Part shown: piece after piece, positions 19,123 through 28,639 of the stretch
Layout of the letters: each line of letters starts with the position of its first letter
Numbering within the stretch: position 1 is the first letter of the stretch
Origin: Candidatus Omnitrophota bacterium
GTDB taxonomy: Bacteria; Omnitrophota; Gorgyraeia; Zapsychrales; JBDRMG01
Assembly (NCBI GenBank): GCA_043812495.1
Contig: JBDRMG010000016.1
Coordinates: forward strand, 66,137-130,136
Direction: 5' to 3'
Length of the DNA: 64,000 bases
The notes under the pieces: generated by a model
Told to the model about the DNA's origin: nothing
Seen by the model: the letters and a program-made list of their open reading frames with translations, nothing else
Database searches by the model: none
Program-made: the position numbers and the translations under genes

Positions 19123-20148
19123 TTATTCGACGAGTTGAATGTCGATTTTGACTTTACCCTGAACAGCCCTGACAGACGGTGAGTAAAAAGGCTTGGCATC
19201 TTTAATCATATAGCCTTGATTCCCGTTTAATAGGGCAATGCGGTCGCGTTCTTCTTGCGCGGCGATATGGGCCAAATGGGCCTCGCGCCGAAGATCTCTG
19301 ATTCTCAAGCGGATATGCCGATTCTTATTTTTATTGACGGAAATGGCGTATTGACCTTCATCTAAGCTCCTGATATCGCCGTTTAATATTCTCATTTCTT
19401 CCGCAAGGACAGCTATCTGTCTGCCGAGTTCATCATTTTTCCTTCTCATGTCGCTAATTTTTTCGTTTAAACCCTGAACCACGGAAGCGTTCTGCGCTTG
19501 AGCCTTCGCGAGCATATCCTCCGTCTGAACCAATAAAGCTTTGGCGGCATTCAAATCTTTGGACATATACATAATCGCGTCTTCTTGAATACGATTCTGA
19601 TCAAGGGCACTCGCATAAAGACTCGCTTGACCTCGCGCGTTGGCCAACATCAGATGATTGGATCTTTCGATTTCTCGATGAATAATCGCCTGCTGAATAA
19701 AGTAAACAGCCAAGAGCGCAACCATAATCGCAAAAAGAACAACGCCGATTCTCGTTTTGATGCGCTCGGCACCCTCAATCCGCGCTATTCTGTTTTGAAT
19801 CTTCTCTTTCAGGCGAAGGGCGATATCCTGAGCCGGATTCACAAATTCGATTCCGCACAGACTTCGGGATCCCAAGCGTTGCGGCCGCGCCCAAACCATT
19901 CGCCCAACAGGCGGCAAGAAGTCGACGGGTCCCTGTTTTGGCATTTCAAAAGCAAGAATGCTGTTTTGCGCAAAAGACACCTTGACATCGGTCTCAAGCA
20001 TCATGCCTGTTTCGCTTAAGTTTCTCACGCGCGCCGTCCCATCAATAGCCTGATCCTTAAAATGCCACGTCACGGGAAAACGCTCATTGATCCGGAAGCT
20101 TCTTCGAGCCTCCACGCGATACATCGGTGATTTGCTTAATAATCCCAT
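19123..20148 (-). CDS. PilZ domain + TM + coiled-coil protein
   Basis: RRSFR (RxxxR) and NLSETG ((D/N)xSxxG) motifs, TM, heptad-rich C-terminus. Confidence 0.8.
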   Translation of the reverse strand: MGLLSKSPMYRVEARRSFRINERFPVTWHFKDQAIDGTARVRNLSETGMMLETDVKVSFAQNSILAFEMPKQGPVDFLPPVGRMVWARPQRLGSRSLCGIEFVNPAQDIALRLKEKIQNRIARIEGAERIKTRIGVVLFAIMVALLAVYFIQQAIIHREIERSNHLMLANARGQASLYASALDQNRIQEDAIMYMSKDLNAAKALLVQTEDMLAKAQAQNASVVQGLNEKISDMRRKNDELGRQIAVLAEEMRILNGDIRSLDEGQYAISVNKNKNRHIRLRIRDLRREAHLAHIAAQEERDRIALLNGNQGYMIKDAKPFYSPSVRAVQGKVKIDIQLVE

Positions 20149-20161
20149 TTTATTTACCCCC

Positions 20162-20306
20162 TTCAATGACGACACAGCTTATGGAGTCCGCCATTGTTTC
20201 TGTGTCTGTGGCGGACGACATAAGTTGTTTGTCGGAATTGAATCCTTGACAATTTTTGAAATATGGGTGGATATCGCAAGCAACCGAATATCAAAAATTG
20301 TCAAGG
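20162..20306. repeat. GA-capped palindromic element (20162-20242) followed by a 16-bp perfect inverted repeat (20244-20259/20291-20306)
   Basis: TCAAT-GA-CGACA..CTTATG-GA-GTCCGCCA..TGGCGGAC-GA-CATAAG..TGTCG-GA-ATTGA. Confidence 0.9.
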
Positions 20307-20568
20307 GTTGCCTGCCTTCAAACTTTCAAGAACTAAAAAATAATTACTATATCGTTAGGGACAAGAAAACAGCTCTGTCTTTAGAGCTGTTTAATTGCTA
20401 AAGAATCATTTGTGCCACAAAATTAAATCTTAATATATTCACCCACGGGCCCCTATTCTTAAGGTAAGTGTACTATGAAAAAGGCAAGAAAACAAGGGTT
20501 TTGCTTTAATCACTAATATTAGTATATGTAACAATTTTTTGAGGAATTTTACAATAAAAAGAAGAAAT

Positions 20569-21363
20569 CTAGAGAAAAAGTTCGCCCTGAACTTCCTGAT
20601 GCGAAAATTTTTCCCCTTCAACCTTTTTCACGGCTTGGCGGTACTGGCAGAATTCGCAATTTTTGGAATATTCTGGAAGATTTTCTGACATCAGGCATGC
20701 GTGGGCCTTTTCTATGGCTGATTCCACCCAAGATGAATCACCTTGGTAAGCAATAATTTGCATATCAAACTCTAAACGGCCCTCAAAGGCTTCAGGGCTT
20801 CGATCGGCATTACAATAAACAAAGTAACCTGTGCCGGAAACATCAAATTGATTATGGCGCAGCAACCACTGATAGATTTCCATTTGGCGCTTATAGGCCT
20901 CTTTATAGATCCCGTTGAGCGTAATGGTCCCTGATGTGCTTGTTGATTTGAAATCAACGATATAAAGAACACCTTTGTCGTCAGTCCAGATATCGTCTAT
21001 AGCGCCAAACATAAGTAAGTTCGTGGGTTGATGATGATAACGAATGCCTTTAAAAACCTCCTGCCATTCTTGTAATTGCGGATGCTGAAAAGGCACGGCC
21101 TTAACACCATAACGCTCCATCAGTGGATGTGTTTGACCTTTCTGGCGATAAAGATCAAACTCTTTTTTCAGTAGGGCATCCACAGCTGAATTCAGAGTAA
21201 ATGCCGGCATGCCAGGCTGGTCAACTCCTAGGCGCCTGTCAAGATAAAAACATCGCGGACATCTGAGAAAGTTTTCCAGACGGGACCGGCTTAAGAAATA
21301 GGGAGCTTTCGATTGAGGATTGAATAGATTTCTTGTTCTTTTGTAATTATTTACAGAGGGCAT
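20569..21363 (-). CDS. PD-(D/E)XK nuclease, Cas4/AddB-like, with CxxC pairs at both ends
   Basis: LSRSRLENFLRCPRC, GAIDD, IVDFKS, QMEIY, CEFC. Confidence 0.85.
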   Translation of the reverse strand: MPSVNNYKRTRNLFNPQSKAPYFLSRSRLENFLRCPRCFYLDRRLGVDQPGMPAFTLNSAVDALLKKEFDLYRQKGQTHPLMERYGVKAVPFQHPQLQEWQEVFKGIRYHHQPTNLLMFGAIDDIWTDDKGVLYIVDFKSTSTSGTITLNGIYKEAYKRQMEIYQWLLRHNQFDVSGTGYFVYCNADRSPEAFEGRLEFDMQIIAYQGDSSWVESAIEKAHACLMSENLPEYSKNCEFCQYRQAVKKVEGEKFSHQEVQGELFL

Positions 21364-21383
21364 GATTTTGCAAATGGGTTATC

Positions 21384-23261
21384 CTACTTAAAAATTGCAT
21401 CCAAGACGCTATCAATCAGTTTTTCTTCCGAACTTTTCTCTTCCTGCGGCTGCGGCTCTTGGTCTTGGGGTGTTGTTTCTTGAGTTGATTGACCTTCTTG
21501 CGCCGGCTGCTCTTTTTCGTCTTTTCCGAGAACCTTTTGAAGGACTTTCTGCAACTCTTCTTTACCGTGCTGAACAATAATCTTTTTTCCCAGATATTCC
21601 AAGTCCGGCATATAGGAAAAATCCGGGATTTGTCCTTTGATTTTTGCGGGGATATAAATTTCTCCATTGTCATCAAGCAAATATTCCAATTCGGGTGTCG
21701 CCTGGACCATGCTGTCGGATAAATCCTGAGGAATCGATAGGCCAACGCTTAACGACAGCTGACGATCCAAGTTAAGGGTTCCTTGGCCCGTAATCATAAA
21801 AACATTTGTCTCGACTTGGGCACTATCAATATTAAGATTACGGCCGGACAATGTTATTTTAAGAGTGACCTTTTTAAGTGGCGTATCTTTTTCTTTGAGC
21901 TTGTCCTTGTATTTTTGCGGAAGATTCTCTTCTAATTTTTCTACAAGGCGCGGCAGCATGGAAATTTTGCTTAAAAACACCTTCAGGACATTGATATTCA
22001 CGAGCTTTCCATCCTGAACGTTAAGCTCGCCCTGCCCTGTCAGCGAATTCAGCGCGGCATCGGCATTCAGACCGTATCCTCCCATATCCATCTGACCCGA
22101 AAGTTTGCCTTGCAGTTCAACCGGTTGATTACCCTTGGGAATAAGTTGAGATAAATCGAGCTGATCGATTTCCATCATTACATCAAAGGCCTGTTTCTGC
22201 ATATAATCGACAATCGCTCCGTTCATTTTGATTTGACCGGAGGCCAAAGGTAAATTGGCTTCTTTAATGACCATATCTTTTTCGTTGATTTTGAATTTCA
22301 CGAGAATTTTCTCCAAAGGAAACGGGGCGCTCTTGATGCTCAGGCGGCCCTCTTGGAGCGCGCCGTCAGCAAATAATTTTGTCAGCCCCGATCGATTGAG
22401 CGTGATTTCATCGATAGCCATACTCAATTGGCCTTCAAAGCCTTCCTGAAAACCAACACCCTTGACCATGGGGATAGATGCTTCGAGTTGCTCAAGGGAT
22501 ATTTTAGATAAATCCGAATCGATTTTGATATTTCGGAAATGAACGGCGAGATTTCTCACGTCGACTTCCAGCGTGCCCTTGGCTGTGATGTTCTTCCATG
22601 AGCTAAAAACGGAACCCTCTAGGTTAAAGTCAATCGGTTCATTGAGCGAGAAATTGTCCACGGATAAGTTCAAGTTCTTGGCCTCGATAGCGATGGGCTC
22701 TTCAAGGGATTGATCGATAAAGGTGACCATGCCATCACGCAAGCGAAAGGATTTAACAAGAAGGGTGGACAGCGCCTTACTGGCTGTTGACATTTGCGAA
22801 TTGAATTTTGACGCAATCCCTGAAGAGGGTTCTTCGGAAGTTGTCTTCTCATCCTTTTGGGAAAGACCTTGAGTGTTGATCTGGCCCTTAGCATCACGGA
22901 TAATATTAATTTTTGGAGACACAAATTCAATACTTAAGATACTGATTTGTCTTGTTTTGATAAGGGTTTGAAGATCCAGGCCTAGCTGAACATCTTCTAT
23001 CGTTAAGAAATTTTCCTTTGAGAAGGCGGCATCATCAGCCAAAGCTAATTGATGAATATTGAGGGTAATGCCCTGCAAAAAAGAAATGTCTAATTGAATC
23101 TTACCGATGGCAACATCGCGACCGACAGACCGGCTGATTTCTTTGGTAATCTGGGTCCGGTATTTGTCGGCGTCAAAAGTACGCACAAACACAACAAGGC
23201 CGATGAAGGCAACGACTAGGATCATGCATAATACGAGAAAGAAAACCTTGAGAAATTTCAT
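21384..23261 (-). CDS. AsmA family protein
   Basis: N-terminal TM, GRDVAIG, beta-rich repeats, LTGQGELNVQDG; ATG at 23261 with GGAGG SD. Confidence 0.8.
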   Translation of the reverse strand: MKFLKVFFLVLCMILVVAFIGLVVFVRTFDADKYRTQITKEISRSVGRDVAIGKIQLDISFLQGITLNIHQLALADDAAFSKENFLTIEDVQLGLDLQTLIKTRQISILSIEFVSPKINIIRDAKGQINTQGLSQKDEKTTSEEPSSGIASKFNSQMSTASKALSTLLVKSFRLRDGMVTFIDQSLEEPIAIEAKNLNLSVDNFSLNEPIDFNLEGSVFSSWKNITAKGTLEVDVRNLAVHFRNIKIDSDLSKISLEQLEASIPMVKGVGFQEGFEGQLSMAIDEITLNRSGLTKLFADGALQEGRLSIKSAPFPLEKILVKFKINEKDMVIKEANLPLASGQIKMNGAIVDYMQKQAFDVMMEIDQLDLSQLIPKGNQPVELQGKLSGQMDMGGYGLNADAALNSLTGQGELNVQDGKLVNINVLKVFLSKISMLPRLVEKLEENLPQKYKDKLKEKDTPLKKVTLKITLSGRNLNIDSAQVETNVFMITGQGTLNLDRQLSLSVGLSIPQDLSDSMVQATPELEYLLDDNGEIYIPAKIKGQIPDFSYMPDLEYLGKKIIVQHGKEELQKVLQKVLGKDEKEQPAQEGQSTQETTPQDQEPQPQEEKSSEEKLIDSVLDAIFK

Positions 23262-23580
23262 TAATATCCTCCACATTTATTTAAGCTTAAAACCGGTGAA
23301 CCATACGGGAGCTATTGTACTTCTTGAACCCTTAAGAGTCCACATCTTTTTCATGGAAAACTGCCAGAAAATTTGTTTTAAAAAGATTAACGCAAAAGTT
23401 TATTGCTGCTTTTTAGGGCGCTCTCCTAACATTATATTTTATCGTAGGTTATGCATTTTAAGAAAACGCTTGTACAAAATACTATTTTTTTCAAAATAAA
23501 TTTGGCAACCTTGACAATCATGGTATATCCTTTCAGTAGATGCAACCACTTGCTCTTTGTAGAAAATAATCGTTCCATAT

Positions 23581-23748
23581 GACGATAAAGGCAAACCCGT
23601 TGTGAAACGGGGGCCCCGGCTTCGCCAAATATTTAACATGTTTGGCTTCGCCGGGCCCGGCATAGCTGAATGCGAAAGCAATTCAGCGAAGCCGGGGCAA
23701 AGCCAAGGGTCCTAATCAAATTTAAACAGGACAGCCTGGCTACCGAAT
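23581..23748 (+). promoter_or_regulatory. c-di-GMP-I (GEMM) riboswitch aptamer 1, with an 82-nt insertion
   Basis: CGATAAAGGCAAACCCGTT-GTGA-AACGGGGGC[insert]GCAAAGCC..GGGTCCT..AGGACAGCCTGGCTACCGA. Confidence 0.82.
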
Positions 23749-23760
23749 CAAGAACGTTTT

Positions 23761-23899
23761 GACGATAAACCCTATATAAGGGTCCGGCGTAGCTAAACGC
23801 GAAAGCTTTTTAGCGAAGCCGGAGGCTAACTCGCTGTAAAGCGAGGGCGCAAAGTCAAGGGTCCTATGATGAGGGACGGCCTGGCTGCCGAATCAAAAC
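23761..23899 (+). promoter_or_regulatory. c-di-GMP-I (GEMM) riboswitch aptamer 2, with a 54-nt insertion
   Basis: CGATAAA[insert]GGCTAACTCGCT-GTAA-AGCGAGGGCGCAAAGTC..GGGTCC..GGACGGCCTGGCTGCCGA. Confidence 0.88.
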
Positions 23900-23917
23900 A
23901 AACGGGTCAGTAAATTT

Positions 23918-23952
23918 AGCCTGTTTCCCTGCAATAGGAAACAGGTTTTTTT
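23918..23952 (+). terminator. Intrinsic terminator of the riboswitch expression platform
   Basis: AGCCTGTTTCC/GGAAACAGGTT stem plus a T run, upstream of the SD. Confidence 0.85.
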
Positions 23953-23993
23953 ATTGGGCAGCCCCAAGAAACACAAAAAGGAGGTTGGTTAAA

Positions 23994-24920
23994 ATGAGAA
24001 AACACGCAGTCATAACTTTTTTATTTATCGCTTTATTTGTGATGGGAACAACAGTCGCAGCTTTGGCAGGAACAGGCGGCTATACAAAGAATTCGAGCAG
24101 CGGTGGTGCCAGTGGTAATGCCGACATTGTTCCTACTGGTGTTTGTGGTGACGCGGATAACAATGGCGGAATAGACATCGATGACATGATCCTTGTCTAC
24201 GCGTATATTTTTGCCGGTGGCGAAGCGCCTTCATTCTATCTTCAAGCTGACGCGACGGGCGATGATGCGGTAGACATTGATGACTTTCTAAGATTACAAA
24301 ATTACATATTTGGTCAAGGGGAAGCGCCTGCATGTCACAAGTATGTCAGCTGCCTCGATTACAACGGAAATGGAAGAGTCAATACAAAAGACTTGGAAGT
24401 CCTGATAGCCTATATTTTTCAGGGCGGCGATCTGCCGGCTGGCGGCGATGCCACCGGAGACGGCGTGATTGACGTCGATGACTATGCGCAGGTCTTGATC
24501 CCTTACCTTTCCGGCACAAAACTTTTACCACCTTTGTGCGGAAGCAGGGCATTTTACCCTTGCTTGGATGCTACCAATGACGGTCAATCAAGAGAAGATG
24601 ATGTGGAAGCGATCATCAATGCAATTTTCAATGGTCAACCGCTTCCACCAAAAGAGCGCGCAGATTGTACCGGTGATGGCATTGTAGATATTGATGATGT
24701 GAGCTTTGCTATTGACTTTCACTACAATAATGGTCCAGAGCCAGTATGCTCATCGACAGGATTCCTAACACCATCTTCTGTTGAATCCTATTGCGGTGAT
24801 GGCATTTGTAATGGTGCCGAAACATGCGCAACTTGCTCAATGGACTGCGGCACATGTCCTGCTCCAGAGCCAACACCATCTGCCTCGCCTTCTACAACAA
24901 CCAGTACTATGCTTAGATAA
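23994..24920 (+). CDS. Secreted protein with three dockerin-like domains, a Cys-rich repeat and a P/S/T tail
   Basis: Signal peptide; six DxxxDGxxDxDD-type loops; CGDGICNGAETCATCSMDC. Confidence 0.82.
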   Translation: MRKHAVITFLFIALFVMGTTVAALAGTGGYTKNSSSGGASGNADIVPTGVCGDADNNGGIDIDDMILVYAYIFAGGEAPSFYLQADATGDDAVDIDDFLRLQNYIFGQGEAPACHKYVSCLDYNGNGRVNTKDLEVLIAYIFQGGDLPAGGDATGDGVIDVDDYAQVLIPYLSGTKLLPPLCGSRAFYPCLDATNDGQSREDDVEAIINAIFNGQPLPPKERADCTGDGIVDIDDVSFAIDFHYNNGPEPVCSSTGFLTPSSVESYCGDGICNGAETCATCSMDCGTCPAPEPTPSASPSTTTSTMLR

Positions 24921-24945
24921 GATCGCAACCATGACACCTAAGCTT

Positions 24946-24982
24946 AAGGGCCCCCGCCATTGAATCAATGGCGGGGGCCCTT
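24946..24982. terminator. Hairpin between convergent genes (CCCGCCATTGA module)
   Basis: AAGGGCCCCCGCCATTGA/TCAATGGCGGGGGCCCTT perfect stem. Confidence 0.8.
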
Positions 24983-25013
24983 TCCTTTTATAATAGAATA
25001 AAAACCAGGGGAC

Positions 25014-25370
25014 CTAAATCGACAAAAACAGCGCACCGATCACTATTTCTATGCCAGCCCAAAGACGAAAGAACTTCATGGGCTGCTTCAAGAACCAATC
25101 ATAGATATGAACGGCTGCCTTCGCTTTTAAGAAAAAGAATCCTTTGAAGACGGCAATAAGACCCAAAATGAAGATGAACTTGGCTAGGACGCCATGAAGA
25201 TTCCCGGCGGCATTCATCAAAAGCACGCCCACAGCAAGGGCCAAGACAAAAATCCATCCGCGGACCTGTTTATAGCTCTTTTTCTTCAACCGATTGCGCA
25301 AATACTCCGGTTTAATTAACCACAGAATTCCCGACAAAATCCAAATCCACCCGAGAATTTTGAGAATCAT
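25014..25370 (-). CDS. Small four-TM membrane protein
   Basis: Hydrophobic segments; translationally coupled to the upstream gene. Confidence 0.7.
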   Translation of the reverse strand: MILKILGWIWILSGILWLIKPEYLRNRLKKKSYKQVRGWIFVLALAVGVLLMNAAGNLHGVLAKFIFILGLIAVFKGFFFLKAKAAVHIYDWFLKQPMKFFRLWAGIEIVIGALFLSI

Positions 25371-27328
25371 GGCTCTTCTCCTCTCCCTTCCATAAACTTC
25401 TGTATAGATTCTAAATTCTTGCGAAAATCCTGATTGTCTGGGTCTAGTCTGACCGCCCTTGTGAAACTCAAGCGAGCCTCCTTGATATTTCCGTTTTGCG
25501 CAAGGATAACGCCTAGTGTATTGTTCGCTTGAGCCGATAAGGAATTGACCTGGGCGGCCTTGTTGGCATATTTTAATGCCTCTTGAGGCTGACCTTTTTT
25601 CATAAACGTTAAAGCTAAATTATTATACGCCGCAAAGTTTTTTGGTTCGAGCTCAACAACTCTCAAGTAAGCATGAATAGCTTTATTAAGATTACCCTTT
25701 TTCTCATAAATATTTGCCAGGTTGGTAAAAATTTCTACCTCACCGGAGGGGTCAGCCTCAAGAGCGCGATAATAATAATAAATCGCTTGATCCAAATTCC
25801 TCTTGCTTGCATAGGCCAAAGCCAAATTACGATAACCTTGAGTCAAGAATGGATCTAGATGAATCGCCCGCTCGCAGTACACGATGGCCTTATCATATTC
25901 ATGAAGGTAACCCCATTGGCCGCAGAGATTAACATAAGCCTCTTCATACGTCGGATCGACTGAGATAGACTTTTGAAGATTTCTAATGGCTTGATCAAAT
26001 TGACCGATGCGGGCATAAGCGAATCCTAAATTACTATAAGGTCTTGGTTTATTGGGAGATTTCTTGGTTACATCACTCCATAGGGTAATAGGATCTGCCC
26101 AAACTTTGTTCCTTTCATAGGCGGCCCAGGACAAAATGAGAACAAGGCCACCGAGAATCAAAACAATATATTTCGTATTTCTTAAGATCTTCGTCAGACC
26201 AAAGGAAATAAGAAGGGAAAATCCAACCATAGGCAAATACAAATGATGCTCAAACATAATATCCCGCGCAAAATAAGCCATAGCCATAAATTCAACCGGC
26301 GTTGTCAGAAAAAACCACAGAATACAAAAGCTGATGATCCGCTGGCGCCGAAAAAGATAAACCGCGCAAATAAGCAAAGCCACCAAAAGGCAGAAGGCGC
26401 TGAATGTCGACGGGCTAAAAAAACCCGTAGAGAGCGGATAATCATAATCCAGATTCTGATTCACGGGCCACACCAGAAGTCTTAAAAAAGTTCGCTGGAC
26501 GTCTATTTTTGTTAAGAAAGTGGAGAGGTTCAGCGATGAGGTTATAAATTGCTTTCGAAACGTTAAAACGGACGTCGGGTGATAATCAATCATGATACAA
26601 AGGGGAATAATCAAAAGGGTCAGAAAAAAAGGAACAAAGAGTTTGAGGGATTTCTTCCAAGCTTCAAAAGCCAGATTAAAGAAGTAGAATTCGTAGGCCA
26701 AGAGCACAAAAGGAAATGTCAGCATCAGTTCTTTGGTAAACATGCCCAGAAGAACAACCAGAAACGCTGCCAAATGAAAAACAGGACGTGAAGTCAGACG
26801 AAATTTGATGTAGAGGTTAAGCGCTAATAAATAAAATAATACGGCCATGGATTGCGCTCTTTGGGTAATATACGTCACAGCTTGTGTTTGAATGGGATGA
26901 ACCGCAAACAAAAGGGCTGCGAAAAGAGAGATCAGATAAGATTTTTCTTTTAAAGAAGAATCTCGCAGGGCGGGAGTTTGAAATGTTAGAAGAACAAAGA
27001 TATAAACGCAGACACTTGAACAAATATGAATAAGTACATTGATCAAATGATAACCAGAAACATGTAGTCCTCCGACGGCATAATTGAGCGCAAAAGTGAA
27101 ACCCGTAAAGAAACGCGTATTAAAGGATGCCCAGAGTTGGCGAACATTCGGCATGCCGCGAATCGCTGGATTGCCAACAATGGTGCTCAGGTCATCAAAT
27201 TGAAAATCAGACTGAAATGTGTTTGAATAGACGCAAAGGCTCAATAAAGCAATCAAGACAAAGGCCCAACCATGAAGCCCTTTCTTGGTCCTCAGGATTT
27301 GGATGGCGCGGTCAAGATATTGTTTCAT
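25367..27328 (-). CDS. TMTC-like GT-C glycosyltransferase with C-terminal TPRs
   Basis: FQFDD...N, HLINVLIH, FAVHPIQTQAV.YI.QR, EHHLYLP, RN.VW, TPR array. Confidence 0.85.
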   Translation of the reverse strand: MKQYLDRAIQILRTKKGLHGWAFVLIALLSLCVYSNTFQSDFQFDDLSTIVGNPAIRGMPNVRQLWASFNTRFFTGFTFALNYAVGGLHVSGYHLINVLIHICSSVCVYIFVLLTFQTPALRDSSLKEKSYLISLFAALLFAVHPIQTQAVTYITQRAQSMAVLFYLLALNLYIKFRLTSRPVFHLAAFLVVLLGMFTKELMLTFPFVLLAYEFYFFNLAFEAWKKSLKLFVPFFLTLLIIPLCIMIDYHPTSVLTFRKQFITSSLNLSTFLTKIDVQRTFLRLLVWPVNQNLDYDYPLSTGFFSPSTFSAFCLLVALLICAVYLFRRQRIISFCILWFFLTTPVEFMAMAYFARDIMFEHHLYLPMVGFSLLISFGLTKILRNTKYIVLILGGLVLILSWAAYERNKVWADPITLWSDVTKKSPNKPRPYSNLGFAYARIGQFDQAIRNLQKSISVDPTYEEAYVNLCGQWGYLHEYDKAIVYCERAIHLDPFLTQGYRNLALAYASKRNLDQAIYYYYRALEADPSGEVEIFTNLANIYEKKGNLNKAIHAYLRVVELEPKNFAAYNNLALTFMKKGQPQEALKYANKAAQVNSLSAQANNTLGVILAQNGNIKEARLSFTRAVRLDPDNQDFRKNLESIQKFMEGRGEEP

Positions 27329-27341
27329 TCAATCAGGTCAA

Positions 27342-27713
27342 CTAAGGAGATTTGTCTTTTTGCGTTTCTTCTTGAGGGATGATGAGGGATTCTTGTTTGT
27401 AACCCGCCTCGGAGCAGATGGCTTTCACGCTAATGATATCGCCCGGCTTGGCCTGAACAGCTATATCGTTGACGAGTTCTGAGGCAGACATTTGCTTAAC
27501 ATAATTTTTATTTAATACTTCCTGATCGTTAAGATAAACAATAACTTTTCTAATGCGATGTTTCGTCAAGTTGTGCGTATTGTGCGATACAACAATATGG
27601 AGTATTTGGTTCTCTTGATTGTAATTAAGCTGAATTTCTGAAGGAGGGTGGGCGCTTGCGCTTTGAGCCATAAAGAATAATACGGCCAAAGCAAAAAGAA
27701 ATCTTTGCCTCAT
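27342..27713 (-). CDS. Small secreted His/Cys protein (possible desulfoferrodoxin-like metal-binding fold)
   Basis: Signal peptide then HPP, H..H...KH, C-S-E-A-G. Confidence 0.55.
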   Translation of the reverse strand: MRQRFLFALAVLFFMAQSASAHPPSEIQLNYNQENQILHIVVSHNTHNLTKHRIRKVIVYLNDQEVLNKNYVKQMSASELVNDIAVQAKPGDIISVKAICSEAGYKQESLIIPQEETQKDKSP

Positions 27714-28120
27714 GACATGCGTTCAATCAACGTATTGATTCTCTTAATAACCTCTTGAGCGAGCTGGTCTCCTTTACGGACAACAATATGTTTTTTGTTA
27801 CCCGTGCTGAGGACTTCATCCATTTCGCGAATCACGCGCTCAAAAGGTCCGATAATCTTATTCGACAAATTGCAGGCCCAAATGATACCCAAGAGCAAAA
27901 CCAGCGGTAAGATAATGAGGGAAAGAATAATGGTAGCCTTCAGTGCCGCTGTTGTCCGCTCAGGATTAGCCACGACATTGGTAATATCATAGGACAAAAA
28001 AGCGATATTGGTCGTCATCATGATCAGTGTGATCAAGGCCAAACCAATAATCAAATTCAGAATCGGTGCTTGAAATTTGCTGACCTTGAACAATTGCCTG
28101 CGATGGGTTTTTTCTTTCAT
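27710..28120 (-). CDS. Two-TM protein with HAMP-like tail
   Basis: SNKIIGPFERV...RKGD. Confidence 0.65.
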   Translation of the reverse strand: MKEKTHRRQLFKVSKFQAPILNLIIGLALITLIMMTTNIAFLSYDITNVVANPERTTAALKATIILSLIILPLVLLLGIIWACNLSNKIIGPFERVIREMDEVLSTGNKKHIVVRKGDQLAQEVIKRINTLIERMS

Positions 28121-28217
28121 GTCCTGCTCCTTTGATAAAATGATTAAATATCAATTATCAACACGATAAAAGTATTGTAGATGAAGACCCCCGGAAAGTC
28201 AAAGGTTCTCGCAATAT

Positions 28218-28631
28218 TTATGCCTCGCTTAAGTATTCACCCAACAGCCTTTGATTGATTTTCACAAGAACAAGGATGAATAAAATCCAGTATAAGATGG
28301 CAATATCCCAGAAATTACTCATCGTCGAGAAAACTTTTGTCAAGAAAATGGCCGCGCCCAAACAGGCCCCTACGGCCACCAGAATAATATCATTTAGATT
28401 CTGTCTGATTTGCGTCTTCTGATCCTTTGTCAAAAAAATATCTTTAGCACGAAAAGCTAAGAAAATAGAAAAAATAAGAAAAATCATTGCGCTTAAAAGC
28501 CAGACAACGGCCAAAAGCTCTGCTTCCTTTAAAATGGCGGTCAAATAATATTTTTTGGCTATGAGCAGAATCAAAGGGATGGCCGTCATGACCGCAAAAT
28601 CGCACCAAAAGAAAAACGTTTTCTGTTTCAT
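28218..28631 (-). CDS. Hypothetical membrane protein
   Basis: Four hydrophobic helices. Confidence 0.6.
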   Translation of the reverse strand: MKQKTFFFWCDFAVMTAIPLILLIAKKYYLTAILKEAELLAVVWLLSAMIFLIFSIFLAFRAKDIFLTKDQKTQIRQNLNDIILVAVGACLGAAIFLTKVFSTMSNFWDIAILYWILFILVLVKINQRLLGEYLSEA

Positions 28632-28639
28632 GGGTCTGA

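Noticed and set aside
23107-23681. ORFs 23107-23499 (+) and 23439-23681 (-)
   Set aside because: They overlap the asmA start, AT-rich promoter DNA and the riboswitch, and show no protein motifs.
23581-23899. cGAMP (GEMM-Ib) specificity
   Set aside because: P3 looks Geobacter-like, but the position-20 equivalent is G, not A, in both aptamers.
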